IMG/VR virus record: IMGVR_UViG_3300033145_001087
Coordinates: 1-64,000 of that record
Length of the DNA stretch: 64,000 bases
Source: a virus
Strand: one strand, 5' to 3'
In this document: positions 45,863 through 56,968 of the stretch, in pieces
Position numbering within the stretch: the first letter of the stretch is position 1
How the letters are laid out: every line of letters begins with the position of its first letter
Translations under genes and position numbers: made by a program
The notes under the pieces: model-generated
The model's database searches: none
What the model saw: the letters and a program-made list of their open reading frames with translations, nothing else
Told to the model about the DNA's origin: nothing

Positions 45863-47458
45863 TCATTTTATTAATAAACAAACACTCTCATATGCAGGAC
45901 TTGTACTTCCTGCATCTGTTCTATTCAATTCAATTTTAAATGTTAGTTGATTTCCAGTTGTACCAAAAGTGTGAATATCTCCTACAGATGCTACATAAGA
46001 TTCCCAACTGATTCCACCATCAGCACTAACATAATAATCATCATTTTCTGTTTCAAAATTTTCATATCTTCTTAATTCACAAGATGTAACATTATAATCA
46101 GTTGTTATAGTATCAGCTATTATATTTCCTGATGATTGTCCATCTTGTAATCTTAATTTACCATCAGTTTCTTCTGTATTTACATGAGTGATAACAGTTG
46201 GGTCTTCATTAAAATAAACGGTATAACTATCTTTCATATTATTAGGATTACTAATAGACCCTATGAATTCTTCTGGATTTACTTTAGATATAAACAAATC
46301 ACTAATAGTTTTCTGTTTACTTGTTAATTGAATTGAGGTAGTATTATTATTAAAATTATGACTAAATTGATGAACTTTATATTCTCCTTCTACATTACAA
46401 AATTTAACAGATACATTAATTATGTTTCCAGGCTTTAAAGATGTAAGTATAACAGTATTTACACGACCACTATCTGAAACATCTACACCTTCTGAAAGTT
46501 CATAATCTGCTTTATCCTGAACATCATCCATAGTACTTAAAGACCCTTCGTTTAAAATTCTATCCTTTATCCATAAATCAGATTGGGATGCTGTGTTTTC
46601 TTCTGTTTTTAATAGTAAAATGTTATCTGATTCTGTTTTACCATAAATAATAGCTCTATTTATTATATCAGTAGTATCTGTTCCAAAATCAGATAGTGTT
46701 ATCAGATTAACACCATAAGCAACATTACAATCAGTATTTGTAATCTCTTCTTGAATAAAAGTCCTTAATACCCAAGATGATGTAACATATTCAATATAAC
46801 AATCTAATCCAATACGCTTACAAATTTCTCCTATTGTTGCCCATCCTTTTTTATGTTGATAAGTCATATTAAGAGTATCAGTTGGGAATGTCGATACTGC
46901 CGGGTCCCAAGAGACTGTATCATTTCCAGAATTATATGTAGCTGTAGACCAACTACTACCATTCCAAAAAGTAAGTGTAATATCTGAATAAAACTCATTA
47001 AGTATTCCTGCTAATGCAACATCTCCTGTAGACGCAACTTCTATACCTGTTATTGTTTTATCTACTAATTCTGGGTAATCTCTACCATTAATATCTACAA
47101 AAAAACCAACCGTTAAATCTACACCATATGACACATTATCTATTTTACCTCTAAATATTCTAGTTGTAGCATCTGTATTATCAGAATAGATATTTAATAT
47201 CTCTCCACCATCAAATTTCCCTTGAAATGTTCCATTTTGATTTGAAATTCTTAATGAAAAATTTCCAAGTTTATCAGTTACAGGACGAGTAATTGATGAT
47301 GATATGCACCAATTATCGGCATCTGCACCACTATAAGTATCTAAAACAGTGTAATCAGTATCATCACTAGCTGTTATAATTATTTTACTATATGTTTTAG
47401 CAGTTGATGGAATCCATACTTCTACAGGTATAGTCTTTAAAGTTTTTACAGGTGACAT
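45863..47458 (-). CDS. tail tip / baseplate hub protein
   Basis: IFRGKID..., GRDY, L.PG..I.V. Downstream of the tape measure gene. Confidence 0.7.
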   Translation of the reverse strand: MSPVKTLKTIPVEVWIPSTAKTYSKIIITASDDTDYTVLDTYSGADADNWCISSSITRPVTDKLGNFSLRISNQNGTFQGKFDGGEILNIYSDNTDATTRIFRGKIDNVSYGVDLTVGFFVDINGRDYPELVDKTITGIEVASTGDVALAGILNEFYSDITLTFWNGSSWSTATYNSGNDTVSWDPAVSTFPTDTLNMTYQHKKGWATIGEICKRIGLDCYIEYVTSSWVLRTFIQEEITNTDCNVAYGVNLITLSDFGTDTTDIINRAIIYGKTESDNILLLKTEENTASQSDLWIKDRILNEGSLSTMDDVQDKADYELSEGVDVSDSGRVNTVILTSLKPGNIINVSVKFCNVEGEYKVHQFSHNFNNNTTSIQLTSKQKTISDLFISKVNPEEFIGSISNPNNMKDSYTVYFNEDPTVITHVNTEETDGKLRLQDGQSSGNIIADTITTDYNVTSCELRRYENFETENDDYYVSADGGISWESYVASVGDIHTFGTTGNQLTFKIELNRTDAGSTSPAYESVCLLIK

Positions 47459-50400
47459 TATGATGTATCCTCGCTACATGAACACCCATCACAACAAGTT
47501 CTAAAATACATACTTGGTTGGAATAGTGTCCATCCTGAATATCCACAGGCATAATCTGCCCATAACCAAACACCAAAGTTAGTTTCAAACGATACACCGG
47601 CTTTAATATTTTCCCAAGACTCTGCTGATAAGCTAATAGCTGTTGTTGAGTCACTAGAGTTACTCATTTTTAGTGTTACACAAGGCTCACTATTTTCAAC
47701 CAAACTATACCAAGTAAACTCTTTACCTCCACGATTTTGTGCTGTAATATTTAAAAACGGTATAGAACTAGTTTGCCCCCAAGGTTCTACATTAGTACTG
47801 GTAGACGAACTAGGTGCAAAAACTAATGAATTGATATTTGTAGGTAAACTATAATCCCAATCAGAATAATAATAATTAACTTCTCCTGTATCATTACTGG
47901 TATAATCTGGTGTATGAACTATAATTTCATATGTATCATTACCACCATAATAATCAAATCTAGGATTTTGTACTTCTAAAGTACCATTAACTAATGATTC
48001 AAATGTTATTGGAATCTCTACGAACCCATCTGAATTATTTAAAAAAGTTTCAATTAAAGTAGTATTTAGATTTGCAATTGTAGCACTTTGATTATATGAA
48101 ATATTAATATCTGAAATTTCTAATAACCCATATGTTGAATATAAATGTACAGGAATATAACAATAAGGAGATGTTGTACAACTAGATAAATAAGTAGTTA
48201 ATGCATCTGAAATATTTACTTCTTCTTCTGATGAATAATTACCAGTATAATTCCATTCTCTATCTCCGGCACCAACTGTTCCAATTTCTAACCATGCGTC
48301 TTCTGGAACTCTAGTAAACGCCCAATGAACAGAATCTTCATAAATATTCGCATAAGCACAATCACCAGAAGAACAACTTGCACTCCACGGAGAAGTTATA
48401 TATTTTGTATCATATAAATATGTATCTGAAATTGTACTATATCCAGGAACGGCACCACTAACATATACTTTATTATAAGTTACTATATATAAATTACTAT
48501 ATCCTGAAATATCTTCATTTGTAAAAATCGAAGTTGTTTCATTCCACGCAGACATTAAATTATTTACATTATCTACAAATATTGTAAAATTACCATATTC
48601 ATAAAAAGGACCTGTTGGGTAAGTTTGACCAACATAATACATTTCAACAATTTCTTTACCATTATTTGGGGCACCAGTTAAATTTATCATTTCATCAGCC
48701 ATCCACAAATCAGCCCAACATTTGTGAGAACTAGAACCTAATTTACAACCAATATTGCCTTCTATTTTAATATAATATTTATCAGCACCAACAAGGAAAT
48801 CTTTATCAGTTTGAACCGACCAATATTTTGTTACTGCATCTGCTGGAGTTCCCCAACCTACTGCACTCCTTAATTTACCATTCGATTCAGATGTTCCATT
48901 ATATCCCACATAATCTCCAGAATCAGACCATAAAGAATAATTTACACTATTATCTTCAAAATCATCGTAAACAGTACCATTTTTTGGAACAGCAACATTA
49001 ATATTAATAAGTTGTGCTGCATATGTTGAAAAATTATTATCAAATAATAACGAGTCATTACCATAAATTACAGTAGAAGGTAAATTTCTTGTAGATGAAG
49101 TTTCTAATACTCCCATATTTAACCATTCACTTCCGTTATAACATTGAGGTCTTGATGAAAAGACAGATGACCCATAAGAGGATTTAATCCGTAATTCTAT
49201 TAAAGTTTCATTATAATCCCAACAACTTTCTTGGTCACTCATAGTAATATTATAAGCATCTAAAGTTCCGTGTTTAACTTCCCAATATGTTGATGAAATT
49301 GAACTTGTTTTTTTCGTAAAATTTGAATATCTATAATTAATATTAGAATTTTCTGTAGTAGTATAATTATTATCTTGTGTAGTACTAGTATCGTCTCTAT
49401 AAGTAACATTATATCCTGTAATATTTAAAAATCCTTCTATATTTGTTGCAGAATTAAATAATTCAAAATAACCAACTGTTACTATTTCTGCACCATTAAA
49501 AGTAGTATTTTTTGCAGAATCGTCATCGTTAAAAACAGTAATATCTTCTGATGATACGCCTAAAACAGGCCCGATATAATTACTTAAAGTATTATTAATA
49601 TAAATACTTACATTTTGTGGATATGTTCCATTTGTTTCGTATCCAATTAAATCAATTTTTAAATCTTCTATATCATCATATTCGTGAGAAGATATATAAT
49701 AAGTATGATTAGCCGCACCTATATAAGTTAAATTAAAAAGAGAAGATGAATCATTAAATTTAGTAAGTCTAAAATAAGGGATAGTTATACTTAAAACATT
49801 ATCATCCCCACTAGTATAACAAGAATAATTTGTTCCAAATACAGAATGATTTATATCAACACATACCGTATCTGCTGATGCATCAACGCTTATATTTAAT
49901 ACTGAACCAAGTTCAATAGTAGTTTCTGTAGATGCATTTAAACAAACACCTAAAGTTGTTCCACTACAACCAACTTCATTAACTTCTTCTTCACAAGTTA
50001 CTCCTGATGAGCTACCAGCACTTGATAAAGGACAAACTATTGCCTCTCCACCAGCATTACCCGAACCATCACAATAACCTGATGTATCGGTTTCATATAA
50101 ACAAGTATAAGAGGCATTAAAACTATCATAATAAGGAGTATCTGCGTCACCATCACATTGAACAGTATCATTATAATTACTTGTGTTTTCAGTACACGTT
50201 AATACATTTTCTGTTGTTGCAACAGTAACATTTTCTGCTACATTCGTATCAGTTCCCTGGTCTACCCATCCTGTTGCAGTACAACTTCCAGAATCGTAAC
50301 CTGTATAATAATCAGACATTGTACATGCCCCTGCTATACATTCATACCAAGTTGCACAACTACAATCATCATTATCATCAGTCCCGCAATCACTATCTCC

Positions 50401-52524
50401 TGATGGGTCTTCACTTGTTCCGTCTCTGCAAACATCTCCTACATCTACATCTGCTATATTATCATTGGTATCTAAAGAACCAGCACCATCACAATATCCA
50501 TCAGGACCTGTTTTAGTATGTAAATCACTACAATCATCAAAACTTGAAGATTTACCTGTATTAATTGTTGAACAAGTTGTAGTATTCTCAGTAGTGTCTA
50601 TTATATAATTATCTGGAACATTATAATTAGTTCCTTGGTCTACCCATCCTGTATCTATACAGTCTCCACTATCATATCCTGTATAATAATTATTAGCAAA
50701 ACAAGCACTTAAAGTACAATCTCGTTGTGTTTCGCAACTACAAGAAATATCATTATTAAATCCGCAATCACTATTTCCTGAAGGGTCTTCACTTGCAGTA
50801 GTTCCACTGTCACAAACATCTCCTGTTGTAACATGAGTATCAGCACCCCAAACTCCAGAGGCACATTCTTCATAGTGAGTAATATTTATACACATATCAT
50901 AACCATTTGCTAATTCTCCATCGTGGTCAGGATTTACACAATCAGTTGCAGTTGGATGACAATATTTTGTTATAGTATTAAAACCGGCATCACAATTCCC
51001 TTCAAAACAATCTTCATCATCTGAACAAACACCATATTGTTCGAATTGAGTACCAAGATTCATATTACCACCAGTTAAATAATTAGTATATAAATCTGAG
51101 ATTTCTGTAGCAGTTAAAGTTCTATTATAAATAGTAATTTCATCTACAAACCCCTGTATACTATCTTCAGGGTCATCAGCACCAACAGCATGCCACGACA
51201 TTGTACTTGCAAATGCCCCAAAAGTTTTACTAGAATTACCTACATAAGTTCCATTATGGTATAAATGAATTACATTACCATCACGAACCCCAACTACATG
51301 ATGCCAAATGTTCATAGCCAATACTTTATAAACTACTGCTGTATTACCATCCGCATCACTAACAGTAAAACCCATATTATTATTATATGAGTGAAAATTA
51401 TACCAAGTACTATTGCCATTTGTTGCATATAATATAGGTTCTCCATAATAATTTGTAGAATAATACCACAAAGAAATTGAATATTCAGTTCCTAGATAAT
51501 CTTCTATATCTGGAAGGGAAATATAATCTGCCGTAGCACCATAATCTTTAAACTCATAGCACCCTCCAAAAGCACACGCTGTAGAATTACTATCTGCACC
51601 ATGATTAGTTCCGTGAAAATTATTACTAGTAGAATCATTTACTGAAGTTAAATGAAGAGCTATTACGGTATTTTCACCATATACAGATTCGGGGGTATAT
51701 CCTAATCCAGTAGATTCAATTTCATAAGGAATAAAAGAAGTATCATTAACAACTGAAAAAATATTACTATCATTATAAGCACAATAAATATCTCCATTTC
51801 CGCTACCTGGATTTGTCCAAATAATATTATCTCCAACACCATTAGACTGATTAATAGAAAATGCTAAAGAAGATGTTGGTTCATCAGTTATATTTCTAAT
51901 ATACTGATAACCAGTAGGAAACCAAATTGGGTCAAACATTCTAACATAATAAGTTTCATATTCGTTTTCAGGTCTGTATCTTACAATTAATTTATCAGAT
52001 GCTATTTTTTGCTGATAAACTTTAGCCCAATCATACCCATCTTGCCACTCTACTTTCATTCTATGCCCAAAAGATTCAGGACTAATTGCCTCCCTAGTCT
52101 CACCATCGTAAAGAATATCTCTATATTCAAAATGTACAATCTTGCCTTCACAATTTATACATTCAACTTTATGTTCAATAGGAATTAATTCAACATTTTC
52201 AACAGTTGAATCAAAAGTATAAGTGTCATAAACAGTTATATTATCTTTCCAAATAGAAGTTCTAACTATCGTAGTAATAGTATCTATGGTATTATAACTA
52301 ACATCACGAGATTTCGCCCGCATTTTCACAACACCATCCCAAAGTTGAACATACTCCGTACCACCAAGTACCCATTTGTTATCTTCAAAAACATAAAATT
52401 TGGTTCTAGTATTTTCTACTACAATTTTAACATTGTCTTGCATTACAAAATAAATAGAAGACGTTAAAATTACTATAAGCATAATTGTACTTAACCAAAT
52501 CGTTGTTTTTGCTTGTCTATCCAT
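47458..52524 (-). CDS. giant adhesin-like protein: N-terminal TM, LamG/concanavalin domain, Cys-rich repeats, many N-x-S/T sequons
   Basis: YSISLWY...WHHVVGV...LYHNG...GFVDEITIYNRTLTATEI (LamG); duplicated GDVC..SEDPSG.SDCG...YYTGYDSG.C..TGWVDQGT. Confidence 0.75.
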   Translation of the reverse strand: MDRQAKTTIWLSTIMLIVILTSSIYFVMQDNVKIVVENTRTKFYVFEDNKWVLGGTEYVQLWDGVVKMRAKSRDVSYNTIDTITTIVRTSIWKDNITVYDTYTFDSTVENVELIPIEHKVECINCEGKIVHFEYRDILYDGETREAISPESFGHRMKVEWQDGYDWAKVYQQKIASDKLIVRYRPENEYETYYVRMFDPIWFPTGYQYIRNITDEPTSSLAFSINQSNGVGDNIIWTNPGSGNGDIYCAYNDSNIFSVVNDTSFIPYEIESTGLGYTPESVYGENTVIALHLTSVNDSTSNNFHGTNHGADSNSTACAFGGCYEFKDYGATADYISLPDIEDYLGTEYSISLWYYSTNYYGEPILYATNGNSTWYNFHSYNNNMGFTVSDADGNTAVVYKVLAMNIWHHVVGVRDGNVIHLYHNGTYVGNSSKTFGAFASTMSWHAVGADDPEDSIQGFVDEITIYNRTLTATEISDLYTNYLTGGNMNLGTQFEQYGVCSDDEDCFEGNCDAGFNTITKYCHPTATDCVNPDHDGELANGYDMCINITHYEECASGVWGADTHVTTGDVCDSGTTASEDPSGNSDCGFNNDISCSCETQRDCTLSACFANNYYTGYDSGDCIDTGWVDQGTNYNVPDNYIIDTTENTTTCSTINTGKSSSFDDCSDLHTKTGPDGYCDGAGSLDTNDNIADVDVGDVCRDGTSEDPSGDSDCGTDDNDDCSCATWYECIAGACTMSDYYTGYDSGSCTATGWVDQGTDTNVAENVTVATTENVLTCTENTSNYNDTVQCDGDADTPYYDSFNASYTCLYETDTSGYCDGSGNAGGEAIVCPLSSAGSSSGVTCEEEVNEVGCSGTTLGVCLNASTETTIELGSVLNISVDASADTVCVDINHSVFGTNYSCYTSGDDNVLSITIPYFRLTKFNDSSSLFNLTYIGAANHTYYISSHEYDDIEDLKIDLIGYETNGTYPQNVSIYINNTLSNYIGPVLGVSSEDITVFNDDDSAKNTTFNGAEIVTVGYFELFNSATNIEGFLNITGYNVTYRDDTSTTQDNNYTTTENSNINYRYSNFTKKTSSISSTYWEVKHGTLDAYNITMSDQESCWDYNETLIELRIKSSYGSSVFSSRPQCYNGSEWLNMGVLETSSTRNLPSTVIYGNDSLLFDNNFSTYAAQLININVAVPKNGTVYDDFEDNSVNYSLWSDSGDYVGYNGTSESNGKLRSAVGWGTPADAVTKYWSVQTDKDFLVGADKYYIKIEGNIGCKLGSSSHKCWADLWMADEMINLTGAPNNGKEIVEMYYVGQTYPTGPFYEYGNFTIFVDNVNNLMSAWNETTSIFTNEDISGYSNLYIVTYNKVYVSGAVPGYSTISDTYLYDTKYITSPWSASCSSGDCAYANIYEDSVHWAFTRVPEDAWLEIGTVGAGDREWNYTGNYSSEEEVNISDALTTYLSSCTTSPYCYIPVHLYSTYGLLEISDINISYNQSATIANLNTTLIETFLNNSDGFVEIPITFESLVNGTLEVQNPRFDYYGGNDTYEIIVHTPDYTSNDTGEVNYYYSDWDYSLPTNINSLVFAPSSSTSTNVEPWGQTSSIPFLNITAQNRGGKEFTWYSLVENSEPCVTLKMSNSSDSTTAISLSAESWENIKAGVSFETNFGVWLWADYACGYSGWTLFQPSMYFRTCCDGCSCSEDTS

Positions 52525-52525
52525 A

Positions 52526-52894
52526 TTATTCCTCTATTATTCTAAACGAATATACATAACTTTTATTTCCTCTATCATTACTGTCTTTAAAAGTAAGAGA
52601 CCCTGGAACTAAATAAAAAGTTCCATCATGGATTCCATCTACAAAAGCGTGAGCAGTAGCATCTTCGAATCCTTCTATATTACCTCTATTAGTAGATAAA
52701 TTAGCAACAGTTGTTCCTGTAACTAATCCTTCTATTTCAAGTTCCCATTGTTGTGAACTCATACCAACTATACTTGTTTGTATAAGACTTTTACCTATAA
52801 TCTCTTTTCTAGTTTTCTGTCTTTTAGTTGGTGTCATACTTGTTACAGTTAAAGTAATAGCATTAAATGTAATTGTTTCACTATAGCCCGTCAT
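52526..52894 (-). CDS. distal tail (Dit-like) protein
   Basis: Size and position immediately after the tape measure gene. Confidence 0.55.
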   Translation of the reverse strand: MTGYSETITFNAITLTVTSMTPTKRQKTRKEIIGKSLIQTSIVGMSSQQWELEIEGLVTGTTVANLSTNRGNIEGFEDATAHAFVDGIHDGTFYLVPGSLTFKDSNDRGNKSYVYSFRIIEE

Positions 52895-52895
52895 A

Positions 52896-55800
52896 TTACA
52901 TAGTCCTCATTTCTCTTTTAATTTCTTCTACAAATTTATATGCGAATTCAGAAGGGTCACTAGACACTCCTGAAATATTAATATTTTGAATTGTAATTTC
53001 ATTAGTTCCGCCAGTTGGGGCATCCCCTTTAAAACCCATTATAGTATCATCGGCACTGAAACTTGCAGCCGGTTGCCCCGGTCTCATTATAAAATCATTA
53101 TACTTAGTAAAACCAGCTCCAACTTGTGCAAATGCAGAAGGACCCGCTGTCATCAAACCACCACCTCTAACTCCACCACCTGATATTTTACCAACAGCAC
53201 TTGCAGCACTATTTGCCATATCACGTAGTTCGCTTAATGCTTTAACTTCTCCTTCTATAGTTTTAGTAAAATTATATCCTATTTCCTGTGCTTCTAAAAG
53301 TTTATCATTAAGTAATTCTATTTGTCCTTGTGTTCGTTCTACAGCACTAGTATATTCTTCTTGACTAATCCATTGATTTTTTAAAGCATCTATTACACTA
53401 CCAGCACTTTCGTGTATTGTTATACTCTCTTCTTTATGGGCTTGTATTGCTTGTTTAACATCTTCTGTCATACTTCCATAATAAAGTTCATATGCGTCTT
53501 TAAGTAGAGTAACGCCAGATTCTTGTTTTGAAGTTTCCTCTGTAAATTTAGATGTTGAAAGTAACAAAGTTTGATATTTTCTTATAGATTCTGATACATT
53601 CATACTAAGTTCATTACCAGATTTTACAGTTTCTCTTATAAAAGTTTCTACAGTTTCTCTCCACGCTTCATAAGATGATTTTCCTGTTATAGTTTGGTCA
53701 TTTACCTTTTTAAATGTTTCTAAAAAAGCTTTTAATTCTATATTTGACATAGAGATAGCTTTTTGAAGAAATTCTTGTGCTGAAACTCCTGTTCTTTCAA
53801 AAAATTCTTCTGCTTTAACAAACCTATCAAAACCAGTCATTAAATTTTCTATCCCTAATTGACCAACAAACCTAGGTGCTGAAAGTTCTGCAATTTCTTT
53901 ATTCACATCTGAAAGTTTATCTTTATAATCAGAAAGTACTTTATTTTGTGTTGTTATTTGTTTTCTATAATCGGCTGTTGTTCTAGTAAGTTGACGTAAA
54001 AATTCATCTTTTTGTAAGATAGCTAAAGATGCACTATACCATTGGTCAACTTCTTTTTTAGTAACATCTCCGGTCCTTGATGCAAGGTCTAAATATTCTG
54101 CATATTCAATAGATAATTTACTCAATGCATAATTATAATCAGTTAATATAGCTTTATCATAAGCATTTTGGAAACGTTCAATTTCTTTAATTAAATCATT
54201 TAATATTTTATTAGTATCATTTAATTTAGAATTCATAAGGTCTTGATATTTCATAACAAGAGGATAAGATAGTTTTAAAATTTCTAACCGTTCTGTATAT
54301 TCTTCAAGAGTCATATCAGTTAATGCATATGTTTCCTGTAAAATTTTTAGTTCTTCATTATAGTCATCTTGTCTATTTTGTAATTCATTTATTATAGTAC
54401 TTTCCTTTTCTAATCCTAGTAGACTATTTGCCCTAATGGCTGATAATTCTTTTATTCTGGTTGATTGCTCGAAAGTTAATTTATTTAATTTTTCTTCCTC
54501 TATTTGTAATTTCTTATCTGCTGCAAGCATTGCAGAGGTTCCATCTTCATGGGATTTATAGAAATTAACTCTTGCCTCTGCTATATCTTCTATAGCTTTA
54601 ATTTCTTCAGCGGATGTTAATTCTACTATGCTAAGTTTTTTAAGTTCTACTTTTTTATCTATTAAAAATTGTTTTGCTGCATCATATCCTTCTATTTCTT
54701 CTAGATATCTAAATGATAATTCAATTTCTTCTTCTTTTGTTAAATCTTTATATGTCGCTAAAAAATCTTCTAAACTTGAAACTATATGCATTTTAGGTTG
54801 GTCAATAAATAATTCTTGAAACATACTTCTATGACGGTCAGTTTCTACTCCTAATTCTCGTTTAATATCTTCTAAAAGTCGTGTGGCGGCAATTGCTTTA
54901 TTTACATCTTGTAAATATTGTCCGAAACCACTATTCGATGCTCTAAAATAATCTGTCGTGCTAGCTTTTAAATTCCCCCATAAAATAAGCCATTGATTTG
55001 CAGTAGTTTCCATAGCAATATCGAATTCACGTTGAAGTGATGCAGCGTGTTTAAATTCGTCTGATGCTAAAAGAATATTTCTTTGTAAATCAATAAAATT
55101 ACTAACTAATCCATTAACAGCAGATGCACCAACTCTACCAAAAATATCAGTTGAGATAGTTAATCGTTGTGTTTTATCAGTTATTTGTGTTAATCTATAA
55201 AGTAAATCTATAAAAACTTTATTAGCATCTTCACCAATACGGGTTTCAATAACAGATGAAGTAGTATCAAATACTCTAGCTATAGATTCTGTTTCTGTAG
55301 CCATCCTTGTAAAAGCAGTTCTCATCCTGGTTCCTGCTCTTTCGGCTCTCATTCCCATATCTATTAATGTTGCACTTATAGCGGCAGAAATTGGTAATAT
55401 TATACCAAGTTGGTGAGCAGAAGTAGCCATTTTTAACATAGAGGCTGCAATTTCTTTAGAATTTGCAGCAGTAGTATTAGACAATTCATTTATAACACTG
55501 CCCATATTTTCTGCTTGTGTTATCGGTAAACCAAATGCTTTAGAAATTTTAGCTAAAGCTAAACCAGCTTCTTCGCTGGTTAAAACAGTTGCTGAACCCA
55601 TCATAGCAACAACTTTTGTAAATTTAAGTATATTTTCACTGCCTCTAATACCTAATTGTCCAGCTATACCACCAATTTTTGCTAATTCTTCTGCAGAAAC
55701 AGGCATGATTCTTGATAAATTAATAAACGCTCCTTCTAAACGTTTAATTTCATCCCTGGTCATTTTTGTTCTTTTTCGAACAGTCGTCATTTCAGTTTCT

Positions 55801-56345
55801 AATTCAATAACTGGTTTAATTAAAAGCCTATATGCACCATACACAGCTCCTAAAGCCATTGTCACATTAACTAATAACCATCTAAATCTTGTAAAACTTC
55901 CTAATAAAGAATTAAGCCTATTGCCAGAAGCTGCTGATGCAGCAGACATAGTTATCCATCTACCTTCAACTTTTTTTTGTGTTCGCGAAAATTTTTCCAT
56001 AGTTCCACGAACTTCTTGGTATCTAGTTTGAGTACGTTTAATTTTATCGCCGTGTTTATCAATAATATTATTTGTTGTTTTCCAAGAAGTAAATTGTGTA
56101 GTCATTGATTGACCAAGTTTTTGCATTGAAGTATTATTTTTTTTAACAGCAGTTTCTAATTTTTTAAATTTAACAGTTGCACCATTAACAACTACGCCTT
56201 GTTTTTTAAATGTTGTATCTGATTTTTTAACTGTAGTTTCTAATTTTTTTACACTGCCTTCTACAGATTTTAATCTTTGAACGATTTTTTTATCGTTCAA
56301 GATTTGCATTACAATATCTACATCTATTCTATAATCACGAGCCAT
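52896..56345 (-). CDS. tail tape measure protein (TP901-like core)
   Basis: E..M..V.K, ELA.I...AGQLG, N.L.N..AA, AE.AGT..R, IFG, long helical body. Confidence 0.92.
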   Translation of the reverse strand: MARDYRIDVDIVMQILNDKKIVQRLKSVEGSVKKLETTVKKSDTTFKKQGVVVNGATVKFKKLETAVKKNNTSMQKLGQSMTTQFTSWKTTNNIIDKHGDKIKRTQTRYQEVRGTMEKFSRTQKKVEGRWITMSAASAASGNRLNSLLGSFTRFRWLLVNVTMALGAVYGAYRLLIKPVIELETEMTTVRKRTKMTRDEIKRLEGAFINLSRIMPVSAEELAKIGGIAGQLGIRGSENILKFTKVVAMMGSATVLTSEEAGLALAKISKAFGLPITQAENMGSVINELSNTTAANSKEIAASMLKMATSAHQLGIILPISAAISATLIDMGMRAERAGTRMRTAFTRMATETESIARVFDTTSSVIETRIGEDANKVFIDLLYRLTQITDKTQRLTISTDIFGRVGASAVNGLVSNFIDLQRNILLASDEFKHAASLQREFDIAMETTANQWLILWGNLKASTTDYFRASNSGFGQYLQDVNKAIAATRLLEDIKRELGVETDRHRSMFQELFIDQPKMHIVSSLEDFLATYKDLTKEEEIELSFRYLEEIEGYDAAKQFLIDKKVELKKLSIVELTSAEEIKAIEDIAEARVNFYKSHEDGTSAMLAADKKLQIEEEKLNKLTFEQSTRIKELSAIRANSLLGLEKESTIINELQNRQDDYNEELKILQETYALTDMTLEEYTERLEILKLSYPLVMKYQDLMNSKLNDTNKILNDLIKEIERFQNAYDKAILTDYNYALSKLSIEYAEYLDLASRTGDVTKKEVDQWYSASLAILQKDEFLRQLTRTTADYRKQITTQNKVLSDYKDKLSDVNKEIAELSAPRFVGQLGIENLMTGFDRFVKAEEFFERTGVSAQEFLQKAISMSNIELKAFLETFKKVNDQTITGKSSYEAWRETVETFIRETVKSGNELSMNVSESIRKYQTLLLSTSKFTEETSKQESGVTLLKDAYELYYGSMTEDVKQAIQAHKEESITIHESAGSVIDALKNQWISQEEYTSAVERTQGQIELLNDKLLEAQEIGYNFTKTIEGEVKALSELRDMANSAASAVGKISGGGVRGGGLMTAGPSAFAQVGAGFTKYNDFIMRPGQPAASFSADDTIMGFKGDAPTGGTNEITIQNINISGVSSDPSEFAYKFVEEIKREMRTM

Positions 56346-56347
56346 TT

Positions 56348-56533
56348 TTATTTCTTTTTATTTCTATTAGCCTCTCGTTTCTGACGCTCTATTTCTCTAT
56401 TATGAGCATCAATTAATCTATTCAATTCCGAATAGGTCAAACTATTAATAGTAAAAAAAGTATATCCATATTTATGAAGGAATAATTCTAAATCGCTTTC
56501 TTGTCTATTTCGTTTGACCTTTTTGAGTTTTTT
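56348..56533 (-). CDS. -1 frameshift extension (gpGT-like)
   Basis: The -1 frame is open from AAAAAAC (56533-56527) to TAA 56348: KKLKKVKRNRQESDLELFLHKYGYTFFTINSLTYSELNRLIDAHN... Confidence 0.75.
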   Translation of the reverse strand, partial: KKLKKVKRNRQESDLELFLHKYGYTFFTINSLTYSELNRLIDAHNREIERQKREANRNKKK

Positions 56534-56916
56534 GCAAACTCATCCTCTACTTTTTTTAGAGCTTTTTTTCTACTTGAAGATGGAGTCATTCCACTTTCTC
56601 TAAAAATTGTATTAACAATTGCGTTAGCCAAAGCTGGTTTTATAAAAGGTATATCTTCTTTTTCATATTTGGGATTCACGCAATGTTCTAAAATAACATC
56701 ACCATCCAAATCTTTTTCTTCTTTACTTCCTTCTTTAACAACAGAAGACATAAGTCGTCTAAGTTTTCCTCTTGGCATAGGAGTTACAAAAATTGTTTCT
56801 CCTTTAAACGTCATTTCATCTGGGTTGTTTTCGTCTACTTCTAATTCTACTTCTTGTGGGATTAATATTCCTTTCTCATCCCTTGAATATAGTGTTTCTT
56901 CAATTTGTAATACCAT
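56488..56916 (-). CDS. tail assembly chaperone (gpG-like)
   Basis: Lies between tail tube and tape measure; slippery A AAA AAC near its end. Confidence 0.8.
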   Translation of the reverse strand: MVLQIEETLYSRDEKGILIPQEVELEVDENNPDEMTFKGETIFVTPMPRGKLRRLMSSVVKEGSKEEKDLDGDVILEHCVNPKYEKEDIPFIKPALANAIVNTIFRESGMTPSSSRKKALKKVEDEFAKNSKRSNEIDKKAI

Positions 56917-56968
56917 TGTTTCTCACCTCTTGTTTTCAAAAATTAAATAAAAAAATAAAAAAATGTAT

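Noticed and set aside
50180-50830. Internal duplication in the giant adhesin as a DGR template/variable repeat pair
   Set aside because: Both copies are in frame within one gene, the differences are not adenine-specific, and no reverse transcriptase is present in the window.
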